Of a stretch of DNA of 64,000 bases, positions 17,960 through 27,913 are shown piece by piece; the first letter of the stretch is position 1; each line of letters starts with the position of its first letter. The stretch is from Bacilli bacterium. GTDB lineage: Bacteria > Bacillota_I > Bacilli_A > RF39 > UBA660. The notes under the pieces were generated by a model. That model was not told the DNA's origin. It saw only the letters and a list, made by a program, of their open reading frames with translations, and made no database searches. The stretch spans positions 74,826-138,825 of the forward strand of contig JAAWGF010000001.1 in assembly GCA_022795155.1 (NCBI GenBank). Reading direction: 5' to 3'. A program made the translations under genes and the position numbers.

Positions 17960-18409
17960 ATGGAAAAGTATATAATATTAGAAATTATTCCAACCGCAAC
18001 AAAAGATGGCGATATTGTTCAATTATCAGCTTTAAAAATTCATGATTTAAAATTAATCGACCGTTTTGATTATCGTCTTAATGAAAATAAAATACCATAT
18101 CGTGATTTAATTAAAATGATAAGTTATGATAAGGATAAATTTATTTATAAAAATTCAACAAAACAAATAATGTCAGCTTTTAAAAAGTGGTGTAAAAATT
18201 ATAATTTATTAATTATTGATAATTCATATACTTTAAATTATTTGGAAGAACTTAATAATAAAAAAGAATCAGTTTTTAAATATTTAAATATGGAATATAA
18301 TGATAATATCATTGAAGATGTTGTTAAAAAGTATAAATTAGAGCCTAGTAATTATATTGTTGATTTATTATATGAAGCTTTAATTTATGAAAGCAATAAT
18401 AAAAAATAA
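17960..18409 (+). CDS. Degenerate DnaQ/DEDD 3'-5' exonuclease-like protein
   Basis: YIILEIIPT...DIVQLSALKI...IDRFD parallels ExoI-region DxETTG...IIEIGAVK...IDRF, but the catalytic acids are missing. Confidence 0.55.
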   Translation: MEKYIILEIIPTATKDGDIVQLSALKIHDLKLIDRFDYRLNENKIPYRDLIKMISYDKDKFIYKNSTKQIMSAFKKWCKNYNLLIIDNSYTLNYLEELNNKKESVFKYLNMEYNDNIIEDVVKKYKLEPSNYIVDLLYEALIYESNNKK

Positions 18410-18432
18410 TTAATATATAATTTGGTGGTAAA

Positions 18433-19182
18433 ATGAAAACTATAAAAAAAGATGATTTAGAAGATTTCGAATATGTTAATAAAAAGGGTTTTTATGCATA
18501 TATAAATAAGTGTTCATATCATAATATTACTTATGCTTATAAATAATTTAAAAGTATAGGTGTATTGTTAGAAATATTACCAAAAATTAAGAAATTAGGA
18601 AACTTAAATATTAATTATAGTATTTTACCTAGATATTTAGTTTCTAATAATTCTTCAGAAATAGAGGCATATTTAACTGAATGGAATGCCAATTATATCC
18701 TAAAAGAATACTATGAAAAAAATATGAATGAAGGAAATATTAATTTAGTAGTAAATATCTTAAATAATTTAAAGCAAGTAATTTTAACTTTACATAAAAA
18801 TGGTATAATTCATGGTGATATACATGATGAAAACATATTCGTAAATCCTAATACTCTTTTAGTAAATATTATTGATTTTGATAATTGTACTTATAAAAAA
18901 TTTAAAATGAATCCTGATTATTGTAATATTTATGCTAAAAATTATATAAATAGATATGGTGTTAATAGAGAACTAGATATATTTTTATTCAATTATTTAA
19001 CATTTAAATTGATAAATAGTTTAGTCGGTTATTACGAAGTTAATAACTGCATTATAAATGAAGAAAATAAATATTTTAAAGAAAATGACGATTATAAAAA
19101 CATATGTGAAACACTTCTTCTAGAAGCTAAAAAACCAACTGATAAATTTTTAATTGATAACTATCAAAAAATATTAAAATAG
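18433..19182 (+). pseudogene. Ser/Thr protein kinase-like gene interrupted by an in-frame TAA at 18544-18546
   Basis: ATG 18433 is in frame with the 18565 ORF; YAYK*FKS at the beta3 lysine; HGDIHDEN and IIDFD motifs. Confidence 0.75.
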
Positions 19183-19190
19183 AGGTATAT

Positions 19191-19790
19191 ATGAAACAGA
19201 AAAAAATAGAAAGTGAATTTACTAATTTAAAAAAACAAACTTTACGAAAAGAAAAGAAAAATAAGAATTTAACTAATATTAATTGGGTTATTAAAATAAC
19301 ACTTTTAGCTTTTCTTATTTCTTTTGGTTTTTCATTTGCGTCAGAAACAATTATTCCTAATGTTAATATTATAGTAGGGATTTTGTTAGTGATTTTATTT
19401 GTTATTATAGGTATTATTTTTGACATGATAGGTATGAGTGTCGCTAGTGCTGATCCGGTGCCTTTCCATTCAATGGGAGCCAGAAAGATTAAAGGCGCAA
19501 AATTAGCAATTAAATTTAAGAAGAATTCTGATAAGGTTAGTTCATTTTGTAATGATGTTATAGGTGATATTTGTGGGATTGTATCTGGTTCAGCAGGTGC
19601 TATTGTATCAGTTAACTTGGCCATTAAATTAAATGTTAATGCTTTTTTTGTAACGCTTATTGTTATGGCAATAATTTCAGCTTTAACAATTGGTGGTAAA
19701 GCTTTATTTAAAAGTTATGCGATTAATAAGAGTAATATTATTTTATATAATTTTTGTAGAATTGTTTGTTTATTTTATAAAGGAAAGTAG
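19191..19790 (+). CDS. Conserved membrane protein (CNNM/DUF21-like TM domain)
   Basis: Four TM segments; FDMIG..VASA...FHSMGARK and NDVIGDICGIVSG motifs. Confidence 0.65.
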   Translation: MKQKKIESEFTNLKKQTLRKEKKNKNLTNINWVIKITLLAFLISFGFSFASETIIPNVNIIVGILLVILFVIIGIIFDMIGMSVASADPVPFHSMGARKIKGAKLAIKFKKNSDKVSSFCNDVIGDICGIVSGSAGAIVSVNLAIKLNVNAFFVTLIVMAIISALTIGGKALFKSYAINKSNIILYNFCRIVCLFYKGK

Positions 19791-19810
19791 AAAGTATTGG
19801 GGTAATAGTT

Positions 19811-20139
19811 ATGGATAAGATTAATGTTAAAAAGAAAAAATCTATTATAAATTATATTAAATATAGTATTAAGGTAATATTGGCCGGAATGGGTTCTGTT
19901 ATTTATTATCTTTAATTACTATTATTTATAATTTTACTGGTGTTCATATTAGTAATTTAACGGGTGCTACTGATTACGTTTGGGAAGTCAATCAACTTAA
20001 AACGACGATGGTTGAGGGTTTTGCTTGGATTAAAATGGACGCAAATGGTTTTAATAACAGTTTTATTTCTAAAGATTTAAATATTATTGATATTTTGTTG
20101 ATGATGTGTTTTTTGCGTCAAATGCGTACAACACGATGA
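19811..20139 (+). pseudogene. Frameshifted, 3'-truncated membrane-anchored protein gene
   Basis: Adding one T near 19904 joins MDKINV...GSVI to LLSLITIIYNFTG..., giving one TM helix; the frame then runs out-of-frame into the MBOAT fragment. Confidence 0.5.
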
Positions 20140-20870
20140 CAGTGATATTGGCCGTTATTAGTTATTCAGTTCAAATATATTGCGATTTCTCTGGATATTC
20201 AGATATGGCCATTGGTATTTCAAAAATGCTAGGTTTTAATTTTCCTCATAATTTTAATTTGCCATATTTGGCTACTAATATTTCTAATTTTTGGAAGAGA
20301 TGGCATATTAGTTTGTCATCATGGTTGCAGGATTATATTTATATACCTCTTGGTGGTAGTAGAAGAGGTACTTTGAAAACGTTTATTAATTTATTGATTG
20401 TTATGTTATTAAGTGGATTATGGCATGGGGAAGGCCTTACTTTTATAATTTGGGGTTTTATGTATGGTTTATTAAGTTGTATAAGTAAGTTGTTTAAAAA
20501 ATCAACTAATAATAAATTCATTATAAGTACAAAAGTATTATTCACATTTATTATAGTTACCTTGCTTTGGGTTTGGTTCCGTGCTACTAGTGTTTCTAAT
20601 GCTTTAGATGTTTATAAACAAATGTTTACTGTTAATGATGGTATTTCACAAATGTATACTTGGAGTTTTTTTGCCATATTATGTTTAGTGGTAGCTACAA
20701 TAGCTGCGATGTTAAAATCAAATAAGACTAATAGAACACAAATTGATGGTTTTTATCCAATTCTTAATTTATCAAAATTTAGTTCATTGGTGATTTTCTT
20801 TACATTTATAGGAATAACAATTATGCTTGGTTATTTTGGTAATAATGCTTTTATTTATGGTAAATTTTAA
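20091..20870 (+). pseudogene. 5'-truncated MBOAT O-acyltransferase (AlgI/DltB family)
   Basis: QIYCDFSGYSDMAIG, NF..PY...NISNFWKRWHISLSSW..DYIYIPLGG, GLWHG. Open only from YFVDDVF after TGA 20088, so the N-terminal half is absent. Confidence 0.8.
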
Positions 20871-20964
20871 TTAATAGCGAATTTATTTTAAACAAAATTT
20901 GACAAAATAAGAAAAATTTTATACAATTGAAATCGTGTGTTAAAAACTTGGAGGAAGTGTTAAA

Positions 20965-21645
20965 ATGAATCTAGGAAAAAATTACAACAATATTCTTGAA
21001 ACTTTAGTTAGTATTTTTACGGTTGAAGACGGTGAAATGAAAGTTTTATTACTACGAAAAAAAACTGACCCTTATAAGGGTTATTGGATATTACCTGGTG
21101 AATTAGTTAGAAATGATGAAACACTAGAAGATTGTATAACAGATGCGATTTTAGATAAAACAGGATTATCATCAATGTATTTAGAACAGGCTAATTCATT
21201 TAGTGATTTAGATAGGGATCCTGAAGAAAGGATTATTGCATTTAGTTTTTTAGGGCTTATTGATAGTATAACTGTTCGTTTAAAAAGAATTGAAAAGGAA
21301 GAATATGAGACGAATTGGTTTAGTATTGATTCAATTCCAAAAATGGGATATGACCATGATAATATTCTTAATAAAACAATTGAAATATTAAAAACTAAAT
21401 TGAGTGATTATTCATTTTTAAAATATTTATTTCCGAGTGATTTTACATTGCCAGAACTTCAAAATGTTTACGAACAATTAACAAGAATAAAAATTGACCG
21501 TCGAAATTTCCGAAAAAAAATATTAAATTCAGAACTAATTGAGTCAACGGGAGATAAAAATGAGGGATATACTGGAAGACCAGCTAATTTATATCGTTTT
21601 AAACCAAATAATTTTAATATAAATACATTTGGGGAATCTGCATAA
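20965..21645 (+). CDS. NrtR-family regulator (NUDIX plus winged helix)
   Basis: W.LPG NUDIX fold with degenerate Nudix box, RDP, FTLPELQ..YE...RRNFRKKI, GRPA.LYRF. Confidence 0.85.
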   Translation: MNLGKNYNNILETLVSIFTVEDGEMKVLLLRKKTDPYKGYWILPGELVRNDETLEDCITDAILDKTGLSSMYLEQANSFSDLDRDPEERIIAFSFLGLIDSITVRLKRIEKEEYETNWFSIDSIPKMGYDHDNILNKTIEILKTKLSDYSFLKYLFPSDFTLPELQNVYEQLTRIKIDRRNFRKKILNSELIESTGDKNEGYTGRPANLYRFKPNNFNINTFGESA

Positions 21646-21652
21646 AAAAAGA

Positions 21653-21773
21653 TTGACAAACGTATAATAGAAGTGATATATTATTAATGCATTCATTAGA
21701 GATTTACTTCGGTAAATCTTTAATTAAGGGAAAAATGAAACACCTGGATGTGTGTAATGAAAGGAGGATATTA
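21653..21773 (+). promoter_or_regulatory. str operon promoter and structured 5' leader
   Basis: TTGACA-N18-TATATT; 12-bp C(UUCG)G hairpin 21696-21723; CACCTGGATGTGTG before the RBS. Confidence 0.6.
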
Positions 21774-22193
21774 ATGCCTACTATTAATCAAATAATTAGA
21801 AAAGGTAGAACTGACAAAAAGAGAAAAACGAAAGCACCTGCTTTGAATGTTGGCTATGATAGTCGTAAGAAAAAGCAAACTGATAATACAGCTCCACAAA
21901 AACGTGGCGTTTGTACTCGTGTTGGAACAATGACACCAAAGAAACCAAACTCAGCACTTCGTAAATATGCTCGTGTTAGATTATCTAATACAATGGAAGT
22001 TACTGCTTATATTCCTGGAGAAGGACATAACTTGCAAGAACATAGTGTGGTTCTAATTCGTGGTGGACGTGTTAAAGACTTAATCGGTGTTCGTTATCAT
22101 ATTGTTCGTGGTACAATGGATACTGCTGGAGTTGATAAAAGACGTCAAGGTCGTTCTAAATATGGAACAAAAAAACCAAAAGATAAAAAATAA
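21774..22193 (+). CDS. rpsL: 30S ribosomal protein S12
   Basis: [24 protein letters not shown]; AAGGAGG RBS. Start moved from 21687. Confidence 0.99.
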   Translation: MPTINQIIRKGRTDKKRKTKAPALNVGYDSRKKKQTDNTAPQKRGVCTRVGTMTPKKPNSALRKYARVRLSNTMEVTAYIPGEGHNLQEHSVVLIRGGRVKDLIGVRYHIVRGTMDTAGVDKRRQGRSKYGTKKPKDKK

Positions 22194-22235
22194 TAAAAAT
22201 TTAAAAAAGATTCAAAGTAATGAAAGGAGGATATT

Positions 22236-22703
22236 ATGCGTAAAAGACGTGCCGTTAAAAGAGATGTTTTACCAGATCCCATATACAATTCAAAATTAGT
22301 TACAAAATTAATTAATACTATCATGAATGATGGTAAAAAAGGTGTAGCTCAAAGAATTTTATATGATGCGTTTGATATTATCAAAACCAAAACTGGTCAA
22401 GATCCAAATGAAGTATTTGAAAAAGCAATTGCTAATATCCAACCCGCTTTAGAGGTTAAATCTCGTCGTGTTGGTGGAGCAAACTATCAAGTACCAATTG
22501 AAGTTCGTCCTGACCGTGCTCGTGCTTTAGCACTACGTTGGTTAGTTCAATATGCTAAAGGTAGAGGCGGACATTCAATGGCTGAAAATTTAGCAAATGA
22601 AATTATTGATGCATCTAATGGTGTAGGTGCAGCTGTTAAAAAGAGAGAAGATACACATAGAATGGCAGAAGCTAATAAGGCTTTCGCACATTATCGTTGG
22701 TAA
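22236..22703 (+). CDS. rpsG: 30S ribosomal protein S7
   Basis: [34 protein letters not shown]. Confidence 0.99.
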   Translation: MRKRRAVKRDVLPDPIYNSKLVTKLINTIMNDGKKGVAQRILYDAFDIIKTKTGQDPNEVFEKAIANIQPALEVKSRRVGGANYQVPIEVRPDRARALALRWLVQYAKGRGGHSMAENLANEIIDASNGVGAAVKKREDTHRMAEANKAFAHYRW

Positions 22704-22730
22704 TAAATTAAATATTGAAAGGAAAAAAAT

Positions 22731-24803
22731 ATGGCTCGTGAATATAGTTTAGAGAAAACTCGTAACTTTGGAATTATGGCACATATTGATGCAGGTAAAA
22801 CTACTTGTACAGAACGTGTTTTATTCCATACTGGAAAAATTCACAAAATTGGAGAAACACATGATGGTGCTTCACAAATGGACTGGATGGCTCAAGAACA
22901 AGAACGTGGTATAACCATTACTTCAGCAGCAACGACAGCTTTTTGGAAAGATCACCGACTTAACATTATTGATACTCCAGGTCACGTAGACTTTACTGTA
23001 GAGGTTTCAAGATCACTTCGTGTACTAGACGGAGCAGTGGCTCTTTTAGACTCACAAGCTGGAGTTGAGCCACAAACAGAAACAGTTTGGCGTCAAGCTA
23101 GTGAATTTAAAGTTCCTCGTTTAATTTTCTGTAATAAGATGGATAAAATGGGAGCTAGCTTTGAATTTAGCTTAGGAACAATTGAAAGTCGTTTAGGTGT
23201 TAATGCTAAACCAATCGAATGGCCAATCGGTGCCGAAAGTGAATTTAATGGTGTTATTGATTTAGTTACTAGAACAGCATATCATTATGATGGTAAACCA
23301 GAGGAAGAACCAACTATTATTGATATTCCTAGTGATTTAGTTGATTTAGTTGAAGAAAAGAGAACAGAGTTAATTGAAGCTGTTGCTGAATTTGATGATG
23401 AATTAATGAATAAATACTTAGAGGGTGAAGAAGTTTCTATTGATTTAATTAAAAAAGCCATCAGAAAAGGAACACTACAGGCTGAGTTCTTCCCTGTACT
23501 TTGTGGTACAGCTTTAGGAAATATGGGTGTTAAATTATTGCTTGATGCTGTTATTGATTATTTACCATCACCAACTGATATCGCATCTATTAAGGGTGTT
23601 GATATGGATGGAAATGAAATAGAAAGACATCCATCTGATACAGAACCTTTTGCAGCATTAGCGTTTAAGGTTATGACTGATCCATTTGTTGGAAGATTAA
23701 CATTCTTTAGAGTTTATTCAGGACACTTAAGCAGTGGTTCGTATGTTTTAAACTCAACTAAGGGTGAAAAGGAAAGAATTGGTCGTTTACTTCAAATGCA
23801 TGCTAATACGCGTACAGAGATTAGTGATGCTTATGCTGGAGATATTGGGGCAGCTGTTGGTCTTAAAAATACAACAACAGGTGATACTTTATGTGATGAG
23901 AAAAAACCATGCATTCTAGAATCTATGGAATTCCCAGAACCAGTTATTGAGCTTGCTGTTGAACCAAAATCAAAAGCTGATCAGGATAAAATGGCAACAG
24001 CTTTACAAAAATTAGCTGAGGAAGACCCAACATTTAGAGCTAGTACAAATCATGAAACCGGTCAAACAATTATTGCTGGTATGGGTGAATTACACCTTGA
24101 TATCATTGTTGACCGTATGAAAAGAGAATTTAATGTTGAAGCTAATATTGGTCAACCACAAGTTTCTTATCGTGAAACAATTACACAAGCAGCAGATTGT
24201 GAAGGTAAATATATTAAACAATCTGGTGGTCGTGGACAATATGGTCACGTATGGATTAAATTTGAACCAAATCCTGATAAAGGATATGAATTCGTTGATG
24301 CCGTTGTTGGTGGTGTTGTTCCTCGTGAATACATTCCAGTAACTGACAAAGGTTTACAAGATGCTTTAAAAACTGGTGTTTTAGCAGGTTATCCAATGGT
24401 TGATGTTAAAGCAACATTATTTGATGGTTCATATCATGATGTTGACTCATCAGAAATGGCATTCAAAATTGCCGCTTCATTAGCTTTAAAGGAAGCTAAA
24501 AACAAATGTAAACCAGTTTTACTTGAACCAATCATGAAAGTACAAGTAATCGTTCCAGATGAATATCTAGGAAACGTTATGGGTGATATTACATCACGTC
24601 GTGGGCGTCCACTAGGTCAAGAATCTCGTGGAAATGCTTTAGCAATTGATGCAATGGTACCACTTTCAGAAATGTTTGGTTATGCAACTTCTTTAAGAAG
24701 TAATACGCAAGGACGTGGAAACTTTACAATGGTATTTGACCATTATGAAGAAGTTCCAAGAAATATTGCTGAAGAAATTATCAAAAAAAATGGTGGTAAT
24801 TAA
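22731..24803 (+). CDS. fusA: Elongation factor G
   Basis: [33 protein letters not shown]. Confidence 0.99.
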   Translation: MAREYSLEKTRNFGIMAHIDAGKTTCTERVLFHTGKIHKIGETHDGASQMDWMAQEQERGITITSAATTAFWKDHRLNIIDTPGHVDFTVEVSRSLRVLDGAVALLDSQAGVEPQTETVWRQASEFKVPRLIFCNKMDKMGASFEFSLGTIESRLGVNAKPIEWPIGAESEFNGVIDLVTRTAYHYDGKPEEEPTIIDIPSDLVDLVEEKRTELIEAVAEFDDELMNKYLEGEEVSIDLIKKAIRKGTLQAEFFPVLCGTALGNMGVKLLLDAVIDYLPSPTDIASIKGVDMDGNEIERHPSDTEPFAALAFKVMTDPFVGRLTFFRVYSGHLSSGSYVLNSTKGEKERIGRLLQMHANTRTEISDAYAGDIGAAVGLKNTTTGDTLCDEKKPCILESMEFPEPVIELAVEPKSKADQDKMATALQKLAEEDPTFRASTNHETGQTIIAGMGELHLDIIVDRMKREFNVEANIGQPQVSYRETITQAADCEGKYIKQSGGRGQYGHVWIKFEPNPDKGYEFVDAVVGGVVPREYIPVTDKGLQDALKTGVLAGYPMVDVKATLFDGSYHDVDSSEMAFKIAASLALKEAKNKCKPVLLEPIMKVQVIVPDEYLGNVMGDITSRRGRPLGQESRGNALAIDAMVPLSEMFGYATSLRSNTQGRGNFTMVFDHYEEVPRNIAEEIIKKNGGN

Positions 24804-25033
24804 TTATCATGGATAAACAAAATGCTACAAAGCCACGTGTTAACATTGGTACAATTGGATACATAGACAATGGTAAAACTACTTTAACAGAGGCAATTAG
24901 CAAGTATTTATCTGAAAAAGGCCAAAAAAGTTTTGATGAATTATGCAGCCTTGATACTTCGGCTAAATCTCATGATATTGCTTTAGAAGAAACAGCTTAT
25001 AAGCAAAATAATAGGAAAATTCTAATAAAAAAG

Positions 25034-25063
25034 TTGATATTATTATCAATACTTTCCTATAAT
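25034..25063 (+). promoter_or_regulatory. Putative distal tuf promoter
   Basis: TTGATA-N18-TATAAT. Confidence 0.55.
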
Positions 25064-25164
25064 TTAGAAAAAAGTGCTGAAAATAATGATAATAATACAA
25101 AAAGATTTTATGCTTCAATCAAAAGAAGAAAAGACAAAAATAGTGTCAAACTAAGGGAAAATAC

Positions 25165-25193
25165 TTGCTATTTTTCCCTTGTTGATATAAAAT
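25165..25193 (+). promoter_or_regulatory. Putative proximal tuf promoter
   Basis: TTGCTA-N17-TAAAAT; -35 lies within an imperfect inverted repeat (25153-25180). Confidence 0.55.
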
Positions 25194-25228
25194 AATAATT
25201 GTAAGTAAATAAAAGGAGGAAATTTAAA

Positions 25229-26413
25229 ATGGCAAAACAAAAATTTGATCGTTCAAAACCACATGTTAACATTGGTACAATTGGACACGTAGACCATGGT
25301 AAAACTACTTTAACAGCAGCTATTACTAATGTTCTATCTAAAAAAGGATTTGCAGATTTCGTTGATTATGCAAATATCGATAAAGCTCCAGAAGAAAGAG
25401 AAAGAGGTATTACAATTAATACTTCACATGTTGAGTATCAAACTGAGAAAAGACATTATGCGCACGTAGACTGTCCTGGGCATGCTGACTATGTAAAAAA
25501 CATGATTACTGGTGCAGCTCAAATGGATGGTGCAATCTTAGTTATTGCAGCAACTGATGGACCTATGGCACAAACTCGTGAACATATCTTATTATCTCGT
25601 CAAGTTGGTGTTCCTCGTATGGTTGTATTCATGAATAAATGTGATATGGTTGATGATGAGGAATTATTAGATTTAGTAGAAATGGAAATTCGCGAATTAT
25701 TAAACGAATATGGATTTGAAGGTGATGACACTCCAATTATCCGTGGTTCTGCATTAAAAGCTCTTGAAGGAGATGCTAAGTATGAACAAGCAGTTATGGA
25801 TTTAATGGATGCTGTTGATACTTGGATTGATACTCCAGCACGTGATACTGATAAACCTTTCTTAATGCCAGTAGAAGATGTATTTACAATCACTGGTCGT
25901 GGAACTGTTGTTACAGGGCGTGTTGAAAGAGGTCAATTAAAACTTAATGATGAAGTTGAAATTGTTGGTCTTAGAGAAACTAAGAAAACTGTTGTTACAG
26001 GAATTGAAATGTTTAGAAAACAATTAGACTATACTGAAGCAGGAGATAATGCTGGTGTATTATTACGTGGTATTGCTCGTGAAGATGTTGAACGTGGTCA
26101 AGTATTAGCTAAACCAGGAACTGTTACTCCACATACTAAATTCAAAGCTCAAGTTTATGTGCTTAGCAAAGAAGAAGGTGGAAGACATACCCCATTCTTC
26201 AGCAATTATCGTCCACAATTCTATTTCCGTACTACAGATGTTACTGGTGTTATTGAATTACCAGAAGGTGTAGAAATGGTTATGCCTGGAGATAATATTG
26301 AAATGACAGTTGAATTAATTGCTCCTATCGCTATCGAAAATGGGACTAAGTTCTCTATTCGTGAAGGTGGTAGAACTGTTGGTGCTGGTAACGTTTCAGA
26401 AGTTATTAAATAA
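25229..26413 (+). CDS. tuf: Elongation factor Tu
   Basis: [38 protein letters not shown]. Confidence 0.99.
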   Translation: MAKQKFDRSKPHVNIGTIGHVDHGKTTLTAAITNVLSKKGFADFVDYANIDKAPEERERGITINTSHVEYQTEKRHYAHVDCPGHADYVKNMITGAAQMDGAILVIAATDGPMAQTREHILLSRQVGVPRMVVFMNKCDMVDDEELLDLVEMEIRELLNEYGFEGDDTPIIRGSALKALEGDAKYEQAVMDLMDAVDTWIDTPARDTDKPFLMPVEDVFTITGRGTVVTGRVERGQLKLNDEVEIVGLRETKKTVVTGIEMFRKQLDYTEAGDNAGVLLRGIAREDVERGQVLAKPGTVTPHTKFKAQVYVLSKEEGGRHTPFFSNYRPQFYFRTTDVTGVIELPEGVEMVMPGDNIEMTVELIAPIAIENGTKFSIREGGRTVGAGNVSEVIK

Positions 26414-26424
26414 TTAATATAAAC

Positions 26425-26460
26425 AAAAAACAAGGAATAGTTTTTATTGCTTGTTTTTTT
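26425..26460 (+). terminator. tuf terminator
   Basis: AAAAAACAAG...CTTGTTTTTT stem. Confidence 0.65.
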
Positions 26461-26481
26461 GCATAAATTGAGGAGGTTAAA

Positions 26482-27183
26482 ATGCAATATAAAAGAGTAT
26501 TATTAAAATTAAGTGGAGAATCTTTATCTGGGGATGACAATAAAGGCATTAATTTTGAAAAAGTTTTAGAAATTTGTGATGAAATTAAAGATGCCGTTTC
26601 AAAAACGGGCATTGAATTAGGAATTGTTGTTGGTGGTGGAAATTTTTGGCGTGGTCGTAGTAATCAGCATATGGATAGATGCACTTCTGACTATATTGGC
26701 ATGTTAGCAACAACAATGAATGCTTTAGCTATAAATGATGCTTTTAAACAATTAGGGCAAGATTCAAGAGTACAAACTGGTATTGAAATGCGCCAAATAT
26801 CCGAATTTTATATTAAAAATAGAGCAGATAGACATATGCAAAAGGGTAGAATTGTTATTTTCGGTTGTGGAACAGGTAGCCCATTTTTTTCGACTGATAC
26901 AGCAGCTTCTTTAAGAGCAGCTGAAATTAATGCGGACATTTTGCTTAAAGCAACTAATGTTGATGGTATCTATGATTTTGATCCTAAAAAAAATAAAGAT
27001 GCTAAAAAATTAGATGAATTGTCCTATATTGATGTTTTAAATAAGAAAATAAAGGTTATGGATGCAACAGCAATAAGCTTGTGTATGGATCAAGAAATTC
27101 CTATTATTGTATATAATCTAAATAATAAAGGCGATTTTTTAAAAATATTAAATGGTGAAAAAATTGGCACCATTGTAAAATAA
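26482..27183 (+). CDS. pyrH: UMP kinase
   Basis: RVLLKLSGE, VGGGNFWRG, DYIGMLAT, PFFSTD, VMDATA. Confidence 0.98.
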   Translation: MQYKRVLLKLSGESLSGDDNKGINFEKVLEICDEIKDAVSKTGIELGIVVGGGNFWRGRSNQHMDRCTSDYIGMLATTMNALAINDAFKQLGQDSRVQTGIEMRQISEFYIKNRADRHMQKGRIVIFGCGTGSPFFSTDTAASLRAAEINADILLKATNVDGIYDFDPKKNKDAKKLDELSYIDVLNKKIKVMDATAISLCMDQEIPIIVYNLNNKGDFLKILNGEKIGTIVK

Positions 27184-27253
27184 CTTGTTATATTTTTAAA
27201 TCTTTAGGTCATACTATAAATGCCAAAATATAGTATGAAAGATGGTGAGTTTT

Positions 27254-27889
27254 TTGAAAAAAATAATTACATTTTTAATTCTTGTTTTATGCATACCACT
27301 AACAGTACATGCTTTAGAAATAGATAAAGATTTAAATAGTGGAATCATTTTATCTAGTGATGATGAAATAGTTCCACAGGATACAGTTTTGAGTGTTAAA
27401 AATACTAGTAACAGTGGTATTGCTTCACTGGCTAAAAACTTTGGTTTTACTAATTATAAAGCCTATAGTATTTCGTTATTGAATGAAGCTACAAGAATTA
27501 TTCCTAATGGAGAGGTTACATTATCATTCCCTATACCAAGTAATTACAGTTTAAATATGTCTAAACAGTTGTATGTTCTTAAATTAGGAAATAATAACAT
27601 TGACACTGTTTATACTATGAATTCAGAAACAGTTGGATTATATGAGGATTTAACGATTGAAAATGGTCACGCAATAATAATGACAAGTGATTTTAGCTTA
27701 GATAATGATATTATTTATTTGGTTGGTACAACGGCATTAAATAATACTAATAGACAAGTTACAACAACCCATATTGATAATCCTAATACTATTGATAATA
27801 ATTTTTCTGTCTTATTAGTTATTAGTATTATTGCTATAGGTGGGATTATGTTATTAATCACAAAGTTATATTTGGACAATAAAAATTGA
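27254..27889 (+). CDS. Secreted surface protein with an NPNT-type sorting signal
   Basis: Signal peptide from TTG 27254 (GGTGAG RBS; ATG 27242 is an alternative); C-terminal DNPNT, TM helix and basic tail. Confidence 0.6.
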   Translation: MKKIITFLILVLCIPLTVHALEIDKDLNSGIILSSDDEIVPQDTVLSVKNTSNSGIASLAKNFGFTNYKAYSISLLNEATRIIPNGEVTLSFPIPSNYSLNMSKQLYVLKLGNNNIDTVYTMNSETVGLYEDLTIENGHAIIMTSDFSLDNDIIYLVGTTALNNTNRQVTTTHIDNPNTIDNNFSVLLVISIIAIGGIMLLITKLYLDNKN

Positions 27890-27913
27890 TATGTTTTTTC
27901 ATATCAATTTTTA

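Larger units (their letters stand above)
24809..25195 (+). pseudogene. Truncated, diverged copy of the tuf 5' end running into the tuf promoter region
   Basis: [23 protein letters not shown] vs tuf [23 protein letters not shown]; 49/52 nt identity between 24839-24890 and 25265-25316. Confidence 0.8.

Noticed and set aside
19127-19624. 165-aa minus-strand ORF
   Set aside because: Antisense to the better-supported 19191-19790 membrane protein.
20339-26612. Short overlapping ORFs (20339, 21468, 22087, 24133, 25600, 26221, 26406)
   Set aside because: Alternative frames of clearly identified genes.
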